DNA of 64,000 bases from Dehalococcoidia bacterium (GCA_963662435.1 OY759598.1:3752507-3816506), one strand, 5' to 3'; positions 1 through 10,690 are shown, numbered from the stretch's first letter. The notes: generated from the sequence alone by a model not told the origin. Numbers and translations: made by a program.

Positions 1-1
1 G

Positions 2-187
2 CTGGGTCTACTGGGAGGGGTGATCGGCCCGGTGCTGTTCGGAGGCATCCTGGACGTTGCGGGGGGCGAGTACAAGTGGGTGTTCGCCTTCTCCACGCTC
101 GGCGTGCTCGCGGCTATTGCGATAGTGGGACTCCGTCGAGTGGGGTCGGTGACGAATTTTCGACGACCGGGTCAGGAGGGGACGTAG
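2..187 (+). CDS. MFS transporter, C-terminal fragment (truncated by window edge)
   Basis: Frame 2 reads LGLLGGVIGPVLFGGILDVAGGEYKWVFAFSTLGVLAAIAIV...*, typical of MFS TM11-12. Confidence 0.75.
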   Translation: MGLLGGVIGPVLFGGILDVAGGEYKWVFAFSTLGVLAAIAIVGLRRVGSVTNFRRPGQEGT

Positions 188-193
188 CGCAGG

Positions 194-223
194 TTGACAC
201 TCAAGGGCCGTCGCTCCTAGACT
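194..223 (+). promoter_or_regulatory. sigma70-type promoter TTGACA-N18-TAGACT
   Basis: Consensus -35 at 194-199 and -10-like hexamer at 218-223, upstream of the ORF at 426. Confidence 0.55.
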
Positions 224-425
224 GTCGGCAACCGACAACCGCCACCCTAAACTGAGTCGCCATATGGCGAGATTTCGCACAACCGGCCGGGCGACGTGGG
301 GAGTTGGAATCAACGTAGTTCAACCCCAGTCTTCCCCACGCTGAATTCCGGCCCCGAATAAGGATACCGGGCAGACACTTCGCCGGCAGGACGGAAGTGC
401 AGAAACCTCGTCTGCGAGAGAGGGG

Positions 426-1274
426 ATGCTTATGGTTAGGTCAAGGATCCGCAGCGTAATTGTAGTTTTTGCCGCAATGGTCGCGGCGTTCAGCACTGTG
501 AGTGCGTGTGCTCCGGAGCAGGAGAGCCCCCTGGAGTTCGGCGCGCGGGCAACAGCAAAGGCCGCCACACCGACACCGACGCCGCTTCCTGACGAGCCGA
601 CGGCAACGCCGATACCGGCAGAGGAGATGGAGCGTGTCGCCCAGGAACGTTCGGACACGTACCTCGACGCCCTTTACGAGCCGACAGAGGGCACGGTGCG
701 CATGGGAATGTGGGATGAAAAGCGCGTCCTGCTCGACAGCCACCTGGTGGGGTATATCATCGTCTACGGCTACGACTACACGATCGAGTTGGTCGAGACG
801 ACAGTAGAGGAGTATCCCGGACTGCTGGAGACAGGGGAGCTGGACATCGTCCTACAGACCTCTCCGGACGTGGGCGATTGGCTGGCTGAACGCTCGGAGG
901 AAGGCGCGGTGCTCGACCTCGGCACGATGGTCGAATCGACACCGGGAACGCGCATCGTCGTGCATGGAAGGCTGGACGAGCGCGCTCCTGAGATCGTGGG
1001 TTTTCTTGAGTCGATCACGGTGGACGAAGAGGTATTCGACTCGGCCGCGAAGAGGATTACCGGCGGAAGGCTGGGGATCAACCCTAATGTTGCTTCATTG
1101 ATCGTTCTCAAGAACAACGAAGAACTCTGGTCTGAGTGGACTCCGCCTGAGGTCGTGGAAAAGGTCAAGGCCGCGATAGAGGGGGGCAAGAGCGACCTCC
1201 AGAACCGCAAGTGCATACCGACCGGAGGCGGGGGCACGACGCCGAACTGCCGCGGGTGGACTGGTGATGGTTGA
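426..1274 (+). CDS. Lipoprotein resembling a glycine-betaine/OpuAC substrate-binding domain
   Basis: Lipobox VSAC, Pro/Thr linker, segments GYIIVYGYDYTIE, LETGELDI, ERAPEIVGFL and NEELWSEW like ProX/OpuAC. Confidence 0.6.
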   Translation: MLMVRSRIRSVIVVFAAMVAAFSTVSACAPEQESPLEFGARATAKAATPTPTPLPDEPTATPIPAEEMERVAQERSDTYLDALYEPTEGTVRMGMWDEKRVLLDSHLVGYIIVYGYDYTIELVETTVEEYPGLLETGELDIVLQTSPDVGDWLAERSEEGAVLDLGTMVESTPGTRIVVHGRLDERAPEIVGFLESITVDEEVFDSAAKRITGGRLGINPNVASLIVLKNNEELWSEWTPPEVVEKVKAAIEGGKSDLQNRKCIPTGGGGTTPNCRGWTGDG

Positions 1275-1304
1275 TTGACCGGTGGTCACTGCAAGAGACG
1301 GCGC

Positions 1305-2246
1305 ATGAACGCAATTGAGCTTGATGGCTTGTCGAAGACGTTCAGGCGTCGGGGTTCGGAGCCGGTGCATGCCGTCGTCGATCTGAGTCTTTCCATACCC
1401 CGTGGTCAGATATTCGGCTTTCTTGGTCCGAACGGCGCGGGCAAGACGACCACCATCAAGATGATGTGTGGGGTCGTCATCCCTGATGCCGGAAACGTCA
1501 CGCTCCTCGGCCACGACGTGCGGCGAGACCGGGCGGCCGCGATGCGTCAGATCGGCGTGGTGCTCGAGGGGGCACGGACCGTCTACTGGCGGCTCTCGGC
1601 CATGGAAAACCTGATGTACTTCGGAAGGTTGAAGGGCATCCGGGGCAAGTATCTCAAGCCGAGAGGGGAGCGGCTGCTGAAGGAGCTGGACCTCTGGGCC
1701 AGGAGGAACGACGACGTTCGTGAGTTCTCTCGAGGGATGCAGCAGAAGGTAGCCATCGCAGCGGCGCTCATGTCCGATCCTCCGATTGTATTGCTCGACG
1801 AGCCCACGCTGGGTCTGGACGTCGAGTCGGCCCGGACGGTCCGAGAGTGGGTCTCGCGACTTGCCAAAGAGGAGAACAAAACCGTCCTGCTTACGACGCA
1901 CCAGTTGACGATGGCCCAGGAGCTCTGCGACCGCGTCGCCATCATCAACGAGGGCCGCCTCATCGCGGACCGTACTGTCGGAGACCTGTTGTCTCTGTTT
2001 CGTCGAGACTACTACAGGATACGTGTCGGGGGTCAAATTACTGGCAAAGTGTCGCTGCCCGAGGGGCTAGTTATCGAGGAGGGCGAGCACGAGACGACTA
2101 TCTCGGGAGACATCGCTGAGCAGGAGCGACTTCACGAGGTGCTCCGGTTCATACGAGAAGAGGGTCTGCTGCTGTTGTCGGTGCAGCGCAGCGAGCCAAG
2201 TTTGGAGCACATATTTGTTGAACTGCTGAACGAGGACCGACAGTGA
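1305..2246 (+). CDS. ABC exporter ATP-binding protein (DrrA-like)
   Basis: GPNGAGKTT, FSRGMQQK, LLDEPT, TTH; start set at MNAIEL. Confidence 0.92.
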   Translation: MNAIELDGLSKTFRRRGSEPVHAVVDLSLSIPRGQIFGFLGPNGAGKTTTIKMMCGVVIPDAGNVTLLGHDVRRDRAAAMRQIGVVLEGARTVYWRLSAMENLMYFGRLKGIRGKYLKPRGERLLKELDLWARRNDDVREFSRGMQQKVAIAAALMSDPPIVLLDEPTLGLDVESARTVREWVSRLAKEENKTVLLTTHQLTMAQELCDRVAIINEGRLIADRTVGDLLSLFRRDYYRIRVGGQITGKVSLPEGLVIEEGEHETTISGDIAEQERLHEVLRFIREEGLLLLSVQRSEPSLEHIFVELLNEDRQ

Positions 2247-3031
2247 TCGCCGCGCCGCTCGTCCTCTATAACGAGGCCCGCAAGAGCCTAATAGTAGCCT
2301 GGAACTACAGGGCCAACCTCGTAATTCAGCTGTTGACGCTGATACTCCTGTTCGTCTTCATCAGCTTCCTGGCTGAAAGCGGCGGGATTGCGTCCGAAGG
2401 AATCTCGTCAATCCTTCTCGGCTACCTGATCTGGCTGTACGCGGCCCTCGCAATCGACAATATGAGCAACGGTCTCACTGGTGAGGCCTCGGTCGGCACC
2501 TTGGAGCAGATTTACATGAGCCCGGTTCCTCCATGGCTCGTAATCGTTGGGTGGGTCGCCGCCAACTTCCTGTTATCAACGGTCTTGGTTGTCCTTGTTG
2601 GCGTGGTCTTGGCGTTGGTGCTTACCGTCACCCTGCCGTTAGAGGTGGCCGCCCTGCTACCTTTCTCCCTCACGATGATTGGCCTGCTAGGTTTCGGGTA
2701 CGCCATAGGCGGGCTCACCCTGGTGTATAAGCAGATCAGTTCGGTGAGCAGCCTTTTGACCAATGTCCTGTTGTTTCTCAACGGGGCGCTGTTGCCGGTA
2801 AGCTATTTCCCCGAATGGCTCGAAACCATCACGAAAGTGCTGCCGACAACACAGGGAATCATCGTGCTACGCAGGGTGGTAGTTGACGGCGCCTCTCTCG
2901 CCGCTGTCTGGCAGGACGGGAGCATGGTGTTCCTCGCGGTCCAATCGGCAGTATTCCTGCTGGCAGGTTGGGTCCTGTTCAACGTCGGGGAACGGATCGC
3001 GAAACAACGAGGGACGTTGGGGCAGTATTAG
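2243..3031 (+). CDS. ABC-2 type permease
   Basis: About 6 hydrophobic segments, GTLEQIYMSP and ends KQRGTLGQY; coupled to the ATPase by a GTGA overlap. Confidence 0.88.
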   Translation: MIAAPLVLYNEARKSLIVAWNYRANLVIQLLTLILLFVFISFLAESGGIASEGISSILLGYLIWLYAALAIDNMSNGLTGEASVGTLEQIYMSPVPPWLVIVGWVAANFLLSTVLVVLVGVVLALVLTVTLPLEVAALLPFSLTMIGLLGFGYAIGGLTLVYKQISSVSSLLTNVLLFLNGALLPVSYFPEWLETITKVLPTTQGIIVLRRVVVDGASLAAVWQDGSMVFLAVQSAVFLLAGWVLFNVGERIAKQRGTLGQY

Positions 3032-3121
3032 GTGGGTGTTCGATAGGTCAGCAGAAGCGGTTCTCTTTGAATCATGAGTTGCGCCAGCACCCTTCAATAG
3101 GCTTTCAAGTAACTGCGGGAA

Positions 3122-3157
3122 CCCCCTCTCTGTATCTCTCTCCCGCCGGGGGAGAGA
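3122..3157 (+). repeat. REP-like hairpin (CCCTC...TCTCCC-loop-GGGAGA type)
   Basis: tctctcccgccgggggagaga hairpin; similar element at 29683-29720. Confidence 0.5.
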
Positions 3158-3500
3158 TTAAAGGTGATTGCATGCCAGTTACTGACACCCTTGTACGGCC
3201 CCGGCGCGGGGCCTAACGATGCTCAGGGTGAACGGAATCCCTTATAGATATCCTCTTAGGTACACTTACTCCGCACACCTAACACCTGCCTCCGAATGAC
3301 GTTGTATATCCAAATCGGTTGATGCTCCGGGCGCTGGCTCACGGCCTCTCAATGGATTCGGGCCGGTGGGGTGCGGCGCGTTGTCGTTTGGGGTGCGATA
3401 GGGTATCGTGTGGCGAGCGTGGCGGCCGTTGCGCTTGTCCGGCCGGAGCGGACGGCGGGGCCGTATTCGAGCGTCCCGTCCTGCGAGGTAGCATAGGCAC

Positions 3501-4430
3501 ATGTGGGTATACATCGTCCGACGGCTGCTCTTCCTACCGGTCACGTTGGTGGCCGTGTCTCTGATTACCTTTACTCTCGGACATTACGGTCCGGGCGATC
3601 CCGTTCGAGTGATGATGGGCAACAAATACGACGAGGTGGCCGCGGAGCGCATTCGGGACGAGTTGGGACTGAACCGGCCCTTCTTTGTGCAGTACGCCGA
3701 CTACATGTACGGGTTCGTCCGGGGCGATTTTGGGGAGAGCCTGCGCTTCATAGGCCAGCCGGTCCGCGACCTGATCGTGCCGAAGATGTGGGTCTCCGCC
3801 CAGCTTTCGATCGCCGCGTCGATCATCAGCCTCAGTATAGGTCTGCCATTAGGGTTCTATATCGCGCATAAACAGGGGAGTTGGCAAGACCCAACCACGG
3901 TAACATTTGCGATCGTCCTGGCGTCGATACCGATCATGGTGACGGTGCCGTCACTCCTATGGGTCGGGTGCCTCAAGACCGACCTGATACCGTGCTCAGG
4001 CTGGGGAGGGTTCTTCGATCCGCGCATCGTCGTGCCCGCGATAACGATGGGCGTACCGGGCGTCGCGGGACTCATGCGCCTCATGCGGGCGAGCACCCTC
4101 GACGTCATGGGACAGGACTTCATCCGGACGGCCCACTCAAAAGGACTCGGGACTGTGCGAATCGACGCGGGGCACGTCCTGCGGAACGCGATAATCCCCA
4201 TTATCACGATCCTCGCCTTCTCGCTTGCGGGGTTGATAGAGGGATCGTTCATAATGGAGACGATCATGGGCATTCCGGGCGTTGGGCGCTTCGCCGTCGA
4301 GTCTATCTTCAACCGTGACTACCCAATCATCTTGGCGATAACACTCATAGGCGCTATGGCGTTCGTGCTCGCGAATCTGCTGGCCGACGTGGCTTACGCG
4401 TACATCGACCCTCGCATTAGGTACAGCTAG
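3501..4430 (+). CDS. Peptide/nickel ABC transporter permease, OppB/DppB family
   Basis: PGDP, LGLNRPFFVQY, GDFGES, EAA-like loop DFIRTAHSKG, RDYP, DPRI. Confidence 0.92.
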   Translation: MWVYIVRRLLFLPVTLVAVSLITFTLGHYGPGDPVRVMMGNKYDEVAAERIRDELGLNRPFFVQYADYMYGFVRGDFGESLRFIGQPVRDLIVPKMWVSAQLSIAASIISLSIGLPLGFYIAHKQGSWQDPTTVTFAIVLASIPIMVTVPSLLWVGCLKTDLIPCSGWGGFFDPRIVVPAITMGVPGVAGLMRLMRASTLDVMGQDFIRTAHSKGLGTVRIDAGHVLRNAIIPIITILAFSLAGLIEGSFIMETIMGIPGVGRFAVESIFNRDYPIILAITLIGAMAFVLANLLADVAYAYIDPRIRYS

Positions 4431-5444
4431 GTGGCCCTCCAACCACAATCACAACCGTTTGAGATTGTGCCCGACGAAGTCAATGAGCTGGACGAAGAGT
4501 CCCAGCGGCACCGGCGGGGGCACTTCGCGCGTGCCTTCTCGCGGCTCATACGCAAGAAGATCGCGGTCGCGGCGATGGTCATCATCGCCATCATCTGGCT
4601 GTCCGGGATATTCGCCGCACCGCTGTCGACGTTCGTGACAGGCTATGAGTACACGGCTCAGGACTACACTGCCTTCCGCGAGCCGCCGAGCCTCGAACAC
4701 TGGGCGGGTACCGACCGGGCAGGTCGGGATGTCTTCACACGCCTTCTCTGGGGGATCCAGAACACCGTCATTCTCACTTTCGTAGGGATGTTCTCGGGCG
4801 GGCTGGTCATCGGCATCACGCTCGGGCTGGTGTCGGGGTACTTTGGAGGCAAGGTGGACGGGTTCATCATGCGGATCGGTGAGATCGCCGCGTCGTTCCC
4901 CGGCATTCTGCTCGTCATCATCATAGCCGCGACGCTGCGTCCGCGAATACTTGAAACCGTGCGCTGGCTCGAGGACAACACCTTCCTTGATGGCCTCGTG
5001 CGTTCCGGAGTGGTCGACTACGTGGTGATATCCGTCGCCCTCGTGAGCTTCGGGTGGATCGGGATGGCGAGGCTGGTGCGCGGGCAGATCCTCTATCTCA
5101 AAGAGACGCAGTACATCGAGAGCGCACGCGCCATCGGCGTTTCGACGCCGCGAATCCTCTTTCAGCACCTGCTCCCGAACGCCATCAGTCCTATCGTCGT
5201 ATCCGTCTCGGCGGGAATGGGCACGATGGTGGGCACGGAGATCGTGCTGAGCTGGTTGGGACTCGGCATTCAGCCGCCCCGGCCAAGCCTCGGCGTGATG
5301 CTGTTGGAGGGCGGATCTATCAGTGTCCTGCGTGTGATGCCCTGGCTCCTGCTGGCGCCAGGGGTGATTGCGTGGGCGATGGTGCTGGCGTGGAACCTGT
5401 TGGGCGACGCGCTGAACGACGTTCTGAACCCACGCACACGCTGA
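4431..5444 (+). CDS. Peptide/nickel ABC transporter permease, OppC/DppC family
   Basis: HWAGTDRAGRD, ESARAIG, HLLPN, LSWLGLG, NLLGDALNDVLNPR. Confidence 0.92.
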   Translation: MALQPQSQPFEIVPDEVNELDEESQRHRRGHFARAFSRLIRKKIAVAAMVIIAIIWLSGIFAAPLSTFVTGYEYTAQDYTAFREPPSLEHWAGTDRAGRDVFTRLLWGIQNTVILTFVGMFSGGLVIGITLGLVSGYFGGKVDGFIMRIGEIAASFPGILLVIIIAATLRPRILETVRWLEDNTFLDGLVRSGVVDYVVISVALVSFGWIGMARLVRGQILYLKETQYIESARAIGVSTPRILFQHLLPNAISPIVVSVSAGMGTMVGTEIVLSWLGLGIQPPRPSLGVMLLEGGSISVLRVMPWLLLAPGVIAWAMVLAWNLLGDALNDVLNPRTR

Positions 5445-5446
5445 GG

Positions 5447-6571
5447 ATGGACCGAGCCCTGGAACTCCTTCGCGGTCTGGGAACGTGCCCGGCGACTCCG
5501 TTCTTCGAGGAACTGCCCGCGCGGTGCATCACTGAGGCTCTGTCGCGCGCGGGCGTCGATTACCGTTGTGACGAGTTCGGGAACATCGTCGCGCACTTTC
5601 CGGCTACTGAGGAAGCGGCCGGGCCGCCTATCGCGCTTGTGGCGCACATGGACCATCCCGGATTCGAGGTCGTGGAGATCGAGGGAACGGGAGCGGTCGC
5701 AAGGGCGATGGGAGGGGTGCCCGCCGCGTCGCTGACAAAGCCTGTGCCGGTCTTCGTAGTCGCTCGTGACGGAGCGAGGGTTCATGGCGTGACGGAGCCT
5801 CACGAGGATATGGTCGACCCGAACGACCGCATGTCGGACCGTCTCGTGCGGGTGCGGTTCGACGAGAGCGTCGCTCTGGAGCCGCCGTTGCCGGTAGTGT
5901 TCGACCTTGCGGACTTCGAGCTTGAGGGTGACACGATCAGGATGCGTGCCGTCGACGATCTCGCGGGGTGCGCGGCCATTCTCGCTCTGCTGGAGCGCGT
6001 TGTGCGTGAGGGTGCGGCGGCCGACGTGTACGGCGTATTCACGCGGGCTGAGGAGGGGGGTCTCTTTGGCGCACGACTCATGGCGGAGGCTGTCACTCTC
6101 CCGAAGGAGACCGTCATCGTGTCGGTTGAATCGAGCGCGGTCATTCCCGGAGTCGAACAGGGGGCAGGGCCGGTCATACGGACAGGAGATGCGCTGACCA
6201 CTTTTGACTCGGGTGCGGAGCGCCTGCTCACGGCGGCAGTGGCATCGATTCGCGGCCGCAACCCGGAGTTCAAGGTGCAGCGCCAATTGATGTCGGGGGG
6301 AGTGTGCGAGGCCACCGCGTTCTCGATGGCCGGATACTCCGTTACAGGTGTTGCGTTTCCACTAGGGAATTACCACAACGCCACGACGACGATTCCCGAT
6401 CCTGAAGGCGGAGTGGCGGAGGAGTACATCCGGGTGTCGGACTACCTCGGAGGGGTGGAACTGCTGGCTGAGGCGGCGATTGTAGGACTTGAAGGACACG
6501 GCGCAACTTCACGAATAGGGGTCGTTGGAGATGACGTGAGGGAGCGGCTGCGGAGCTCGAAGGGGTGGTGA
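5447..6571 (+). CDS. M20/M28/M42-clan co-catalytic metallopeptidase
   Basis: AHMDHPG, RAVDDLAG, RAEEGG and NYHN motifs; ATG 3 nt after the oppC-like stop. Confidence 0.8.
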   Translation: MDRALELLRGLGTCPATPFFEELPARCITEALSRAGVDYRCDEFGNIVAHFPATEEAAGPPIALVAHMDHPGFEVVEIEGTGAVARAMGGVPAASLTKPVPVFVVARDGARVHGVTEPHEDMVDPNDRMSDRLVRVRFDESVALEPPLPVVFDLADFELEGDTIRMRAVDDLAGCAAILALLERVVREGAAADVYGVFTRAEEGGLFGARLMAEAVTLPKETVIVSVESSAVIPGVEQGAGPVIRTGDALTTFDSGAERLLTAAVASIRGRNPEFKVQRQLMSGGVCEATAFSMAGYSVTGVAFPLGNYHNATTTIPDPEGGVAEEYIRVSDYLGGVELLAEAAIVGLEGHGATSRIGVVGDDVRERLRSSKGW

Positions 6572-6591
6572 GTATGTTCCCTACAGCGTCC

Positions 6592-8448
6592 CTAGTCGCC
6601 GCCGCTCGGTTCGGGCAGGGGTGAGGGAGGGGCGTTGAGCATGTCGGTGAGGGCTGAGCCTTCGAGGGTCTCGTGCTCGATGAGGTACTTGGAGACCTCG
6701 GTCAGCTTGTCCTTGTGGGCGACGATGAGGTTCTTGGCGGTCTGGTACGCGCCCTGGATGAGGCTGTGTACCTCTTCGTCGATGGTATCTGCTATGCGTT
6801 CGCTGTAGTCGGCCTGCTCCGAAATCTCCCTGCCGAGGAAGACAAGCTCTTCGCGCTTGCCGAAGGTGCGAGGGCCGAGCTTCCGGCTCATGCCGTAACG
6901 CATAATCATCTGACGCGCAAGGTTCGTAGCCTGCTCGATGTCGTTGCTCGCGCCGGTCGTTATCTGCTCCGCGCCGAAGACCTCCTCCTCGGCTGCCCTA
7001 CCACCCATGAGCGTGGCGAGGCGGGCCTTCACCTGCTTGAGGGTCATGTAGTTGCTCTCTTCGTCGGGAATCGACTTGGTGTAGCCGCCGGCGTGACCGC
7101 GAGAAACGATGGTCACCTTGGCGACGGGGTCCGCGTCGTCGAGCAAATGGCCGACGAGTGTGTGTCCGGCCTCGTGGTAGGCGGTCACCTCTTTGTCCGA
7201 AGCGCTGATGACCCGCGACTTGCGGGCGGGACCTGCGATTACGCGGTCGATTGACTCCGCGAAGTCCTCGTAGAGCACCGATGTCCGATTGTTGCGCGCG
7301 GCGAGGATGGCCGACTCGTTTACGAGGTTCGCCAGATCGGCCCCACTGAAGCCGGGCGTCTGCTTTGCAACGCTCTCGACGTCGATGGACTCGTCGATGG
7401 GCTTGCCCTTCATGTGGACCCTGAGGATAGCCTCGCGGCCGCGAACGTCGGGATTGTCCAAGGTGACTCGACGGTCGAATCGGCCCGGCCTGAGGAGGGC
7501 GGGGTCGAGGATATCGGGACGGTTGGTTGAGGAGAGGACGATGACATTGACGCTGGTGTCGAAACCGTCCATCTCGACGAGAATCTGGTTCAGGGTCTGC
7601 TCGCGCTCGTCGTGCCCGCCGCCGAGACCGGCTCCGCGGTGTCGTCCCACCGCGTCGATTTCGTCGATGAAGACGATGCAGGGCGCGTTGCGTTTCGCCT
7701 GTTCGAAGAGGTCGCGTACGCGGGACGCGCCGACGCCGACGAACATCTCCACGAATTCGGACCCGCTGATCGAGAAGAAGGGGACACCTGCCTCGCCCGC
7801 AACGGCCCTGGCGAGGAGCGTCTTGCCGGTACCGGGTGGGCCTACGAGCAGGACGCCTCGCGGGACGCGCGCGCCCAGGGTCTCGAAGCGCTCGGGGTAT
7901 CTCAGGAAGTCGACGACCTCTTCCAGCTCCTCCTTGGCTTCATCGGCGCCCGCAACGTCCTCGAACGTGACGTTTGGCTGGTTGCCGACGAGCATCCTGG
8001 CGCGGCTGCGGCCGAAGCTGAATGTCTGGTTGGTGCTACCCTGCGCCTGACGCATCATGAACAGGAGCACAGCGCCGAAGAAGATCAGGGGCAGGAAGTT
8101 TATGAGGATACCGAAGAGACTGCCGAGGCCGCTCGAACCAACGACCACGACGTTTGGATTGCCGCCCTTGTACGGGTCGATTCCGGCGTCGACGAGGATA
8201 TCGACGATGCTGGCATTCTGCTCGATCCGAGACGAGAAGGTCTCCTGCAGCGGGGTGATGACCGTCAGCCGGTCGCCGCTCACCTCAATGGTCTCTATCT
8301 CGCCGCGCTTCGCCATCGCTACGACTTCGGATATGCTCAGGTCCTTATTGCCGCCGGGCACGTCCGAGAATAGAGTGAAGAATATCGCAATTACGGCCAC
8401 GACGATCAGCAGGTAGATAAAGCCATTGCGCATGAAACGGGAGTTCAT
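6592..8448 (-). CDS. ftsH: ATP-dependent zinc metalloprotease FtsH
   Basis: Two N-terminal TM helices, [25 protein letters not shown]. Confidence 0.97.
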   Translation of the reverse strand: MNSRFMRNGFIYLLIVVAVIAIFFTLFSDVPGGNKDLSISEVVAMAKRGEIETIEVSGDRLTVITPLQETFSSRIEQNASIVDILVDAGIDPYKGGNPNVVVVGSSGLGSLFGILINFLPLIFFGAVLLFMMRQAQGSTNQTFSFGRSRARMLVGNQPNVTFEDVAGADEAKEELEEVVDFLRYPERFETLGARVPRGVLLVGPPGTGKTLLARAVAGEAGVPFFSISGSEFVEMFVGVGASRVRDLFEQAKRNAPCIVFIDEIDAVGRHRGAGLGGGHDEREQTLNQILVEMDGFDTSVNVIVLSSTNRPDILDPALLRPGRFDRRVTLDNPDVRGREAILRVHMKGKPIDESIDVESVAKQTPGFSGADLANLVNESAILAARNNRTSVLYEDFAESIDRVIAGPARKSRVISASDKEVTAYHEAGHTLVGHLLDDADPVAKVTIVSRGHAGGYTKSIPDEESNYMTLKQVKARLATLMGGRAAEEEVFGAEQITTGASNDIEQATNLARQMIMRYGMSRKLGPRTFGKREELVFLGREISEQADYSERIADTIDEEVHSLIQGAYQTAKNLIVAHKDKLTEVSKYLIEHETLEGSALTDMLNAPPSPLPEPSGGD

Positions 8449-8519
8449 TGCCCCTCCAGAGGACTTCTCGCCAGATGTTCCGATGGAACGGTAAGGGGGA
8501 TTGGTATCCCCCAGCTATC

Positions 8520-8549
8520 ATGGTAACACCGTTTACAGTACCAATTCAA
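8520..8549 (-). promoter_or_regulatory. Putative ftsH promoter TTGAAT-N18-TACCAT with extended TG
   Basis: Minus strand reads ttgaat tggtactgtaaacggtgt taccat. Confidence 0.4.
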
Positions 8550-8596
8550 AGCATGAATTTGACCTCAAATCCGCCAAACCGGGAGGGCGCAGAGCT

Positions 8597-10690
8597 TCAA
8601 TCGTCCCGTCCCAGTCCCTGCTCACCTTCGGGACGGCGTGGCGCCGTTGGATCGCCTGTCGCGGGCTCTCCGAAGTGCTCCGGTTTCCAGTACCAGACGC
8701 GACCTTGATCGGCCCCCGCGACGAGTTCGAACTTACCGTCACCGTCCCAGTCGACAGGCGCCGGATGCACACCGTGACGCCAGAACTCCAGGGGCAGACC
8801 GTCCTTGTCCCACAGGATAATCTCAGGCCGTCTAAACAGGGGGTCCTCGTTCGTTCCGACGTTCTTGGCCAAGAGTACGTAGCTGCCACGAAACGGGCTT
8901 CCGTGCTGAGGGCCGACGCCCAATAGCAGGTCGAGCACGCCGTCGCCGTCCCAGTCTACGACGTTAATCTTCGTCCTACCACGACCGTCGCCTCCACCCT
9001 CGGTGTAGACTCCGTGGGTCTTAATGGTCTCGCCGTCCTCGTAGCGCAGTTTTTCTCCTGGGTGCAGGCGGGATGGTTCGTCGGGCCCGACTCTCCGGAA
9101 TATCGCGAGGTCGAGTTCCTTGTCCTGGATGACGATGTCGGGCAGACCGTTACCGGAGAAGTCCCCGACTCCCGCCTGCTGTCTCCATGGCCCGCGCAAT
9201 GGCTCACCGCCGGTAACGTGTAAGCGCTGCGGGGGGCCTAGCTCAGGCTCGGACTTCGTTCCCCAATTCGGATACCAGTCGTAGAGGCCGATCATGTCGC
9301 TTACGAGCAGGTCGAGGAGGCCGCTGCCGGTCCAGTCTACGAGGACGGGGTTGCTGTAGCCGCCGGTGTCGCCGTCGTAGGGTCCCTGGGAACCGCCCCA
9401 GTGGTGTCCGCCGGCTGGATCGGGTGCGGCGAGACGGCGAATCTCGGTCGTGCCGTAACGCACCCTTTCGGGAAGGGCGAAACGCAGCGGATCGGTCGAG
9501 AGGGTCTTGTACCAGAGGACGTAGCCCTCCACGCCTCCGACGACGAGGTCGGGCGTGCCTGTACCTCGCCAGTCGCCGACGGTGGGGACGCTGAAGAAGC
9601 TGTTGCCGACGTGCGGGTTGTGCTGCTTGATCCTTTTCGGCGTGTCGTAGATGGGACGTCCCTGCGAGTCGTGACCCCTGAACTGCGACCAAGACGGCGA
9701 CTGCGATCGGTCGCCAGCGAAGATGTCGAAACGACCTGGTTCCAGCACGTCGGACACGCCGATGTTGATGTCGAGGTTCGTCGAGCGGTTAAACGGTTCG
9801 TTGTGCAGGGTGAACAGCTCGGTGACGTCGCCCCAATGGGGAGTCGAGCCCGTCGCATTGAGGGGAAGGTGGTAGACCCTGCCGTAGTAGGTGCAGAGGA
9901 GAAGGCCCGCGCCGGTTTTGGTCGGGTCGACCGGGGATACCCACATGGTGTGGCGTGGCAGGGCGATGTTCGCCTGGCCCGCGTAGGTGAATTCGATACC
10001 GCCAGACCTTCCGGTATTGTCAAATAGGTGAAGGGTCGGAGTGGGGACCTTGCCGATCCACCGACCGTCGCGATGGTACCTGTCAGCTTGGTCTTCGGGC
10101 GAAAGTCCGGTCGTCGGGTCGATGTGATAACCGCTGCGTTCGCCTCCGCTGACGACGACGAGGTCGGGCCTGCCGTCGCCGTTCCAGTCGAAGGCGGCAG
10201 TGGAGCCCTTTGCCCAGGACTTGGCGCCGAGTTCCGTGCCAATCACTTCAACCGGGGTCCCGGCTTCACGGTCAGTCGCTACGCCTCCCGCCAGCGAAAG
10301 GGCGACGACCGGCCTTTGGGAGTAGTATCTCAGCCCGATGATCACCTCGTCCTTGCCATCGCCGTTGAAGTCGGAGGCCGTGAGCAAGAACCCGGTGAGG
10401 CCCTCGTCGTTCTCGTCGCGCTGGGCAGACCGGGAGATCGTCCCCCACCGTCGTCCCCTGTCGACAACGGGCGTCCCGTCGGCGAGGGTGTCGATAAACT
10501 TGTGCGCGAAGATGTCGTTGCCGGAGGTGACGAGCTCTGGTTGCCCGTCGCCGTCCCAGTCGAGGACGTGTACGGTCGCTGTAGGGTCGCATGGCGCGTG
10601 CAGGTCGCTGATGACGTTGTCGTCGCCGAGCACAAGGGGAGAACCGTCCCCCTGGTTTCCGCCTTCGATTGGACGTGGGTATTCGCTCAT
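8597..10690 (-). CDS. FG-GAP/VCBS-repeat beta-propeller protein
   Basis: Repeated DWDGDG/DFNGDG/DWNGDG..DL motifs (about 8); no signal peptide. Confidence 0.8.
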   Translation of the reverse strand: MSEYPRPIEGGNQGDGSPLVLGDDNVISDLHAPCDPTATVHVLDWDGDGQPELVTSGNDIFAHKFIDTLADGTPVVDRGRRWGTISRSAQRDENDEGLTGFLLTASDFNGDGKDEVIIGLRYYSQRPVVALSLAGGVATDREAGTPVEVIGTELGAKSWAKGSTAAFDWNGDGRPDLVVVSGGERSGYHIDPTTGLSPEDQADRYHRDGRWIGKVPTPTLHLFDNTGRSGGIEFTYAGQANIALPRHTMWVSPVDPTKTGAGLLLCTYYGRVYHLPLNATGSTPHWGDVTELFTLHNEPFNRSTNLDINIGVSDVLEPGRFDIFAGDRSQSPSWSQFRGHDSQGRPIYDTPKRIKQHNPHVGNSFFSVPTVGDWRGTGTPDLVVGGVEGYVLWYKTLSTDPLRFALPERVRYGTTEIRRLAAPDPAGGHHWGGSQGPYDGDTGGYSNPVLVDWTGSGLLDLLVSDMIGLYDWYPNWGTKSEPELGPPQRLHVTGGEPLRGPWRQQAGVGDFSGNGLPDIVIQDKELDLAIFRRVGPDEPSRLHPGEKLRYEDGETIKTHGVYTEGGGDGRGRTKINVVDWDGDGVLDLLLGVGPQHGSPFRGSYVLLAKNVGTNEDPLFRRPEIILWDKDGLPLEFWRHGVHPAPVDWDGDGKFELVAGADQGRVWYWKPEHFGEPATGDPTAPRRPEGEQGLGRDD

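Noticed and set aside
5054..5446. Apparent long overlap of the peptidase ORF with the oppC-like gene
   Set aside because: Low-complexity off-frame extension; homology-like sequence starts at ATG 5447
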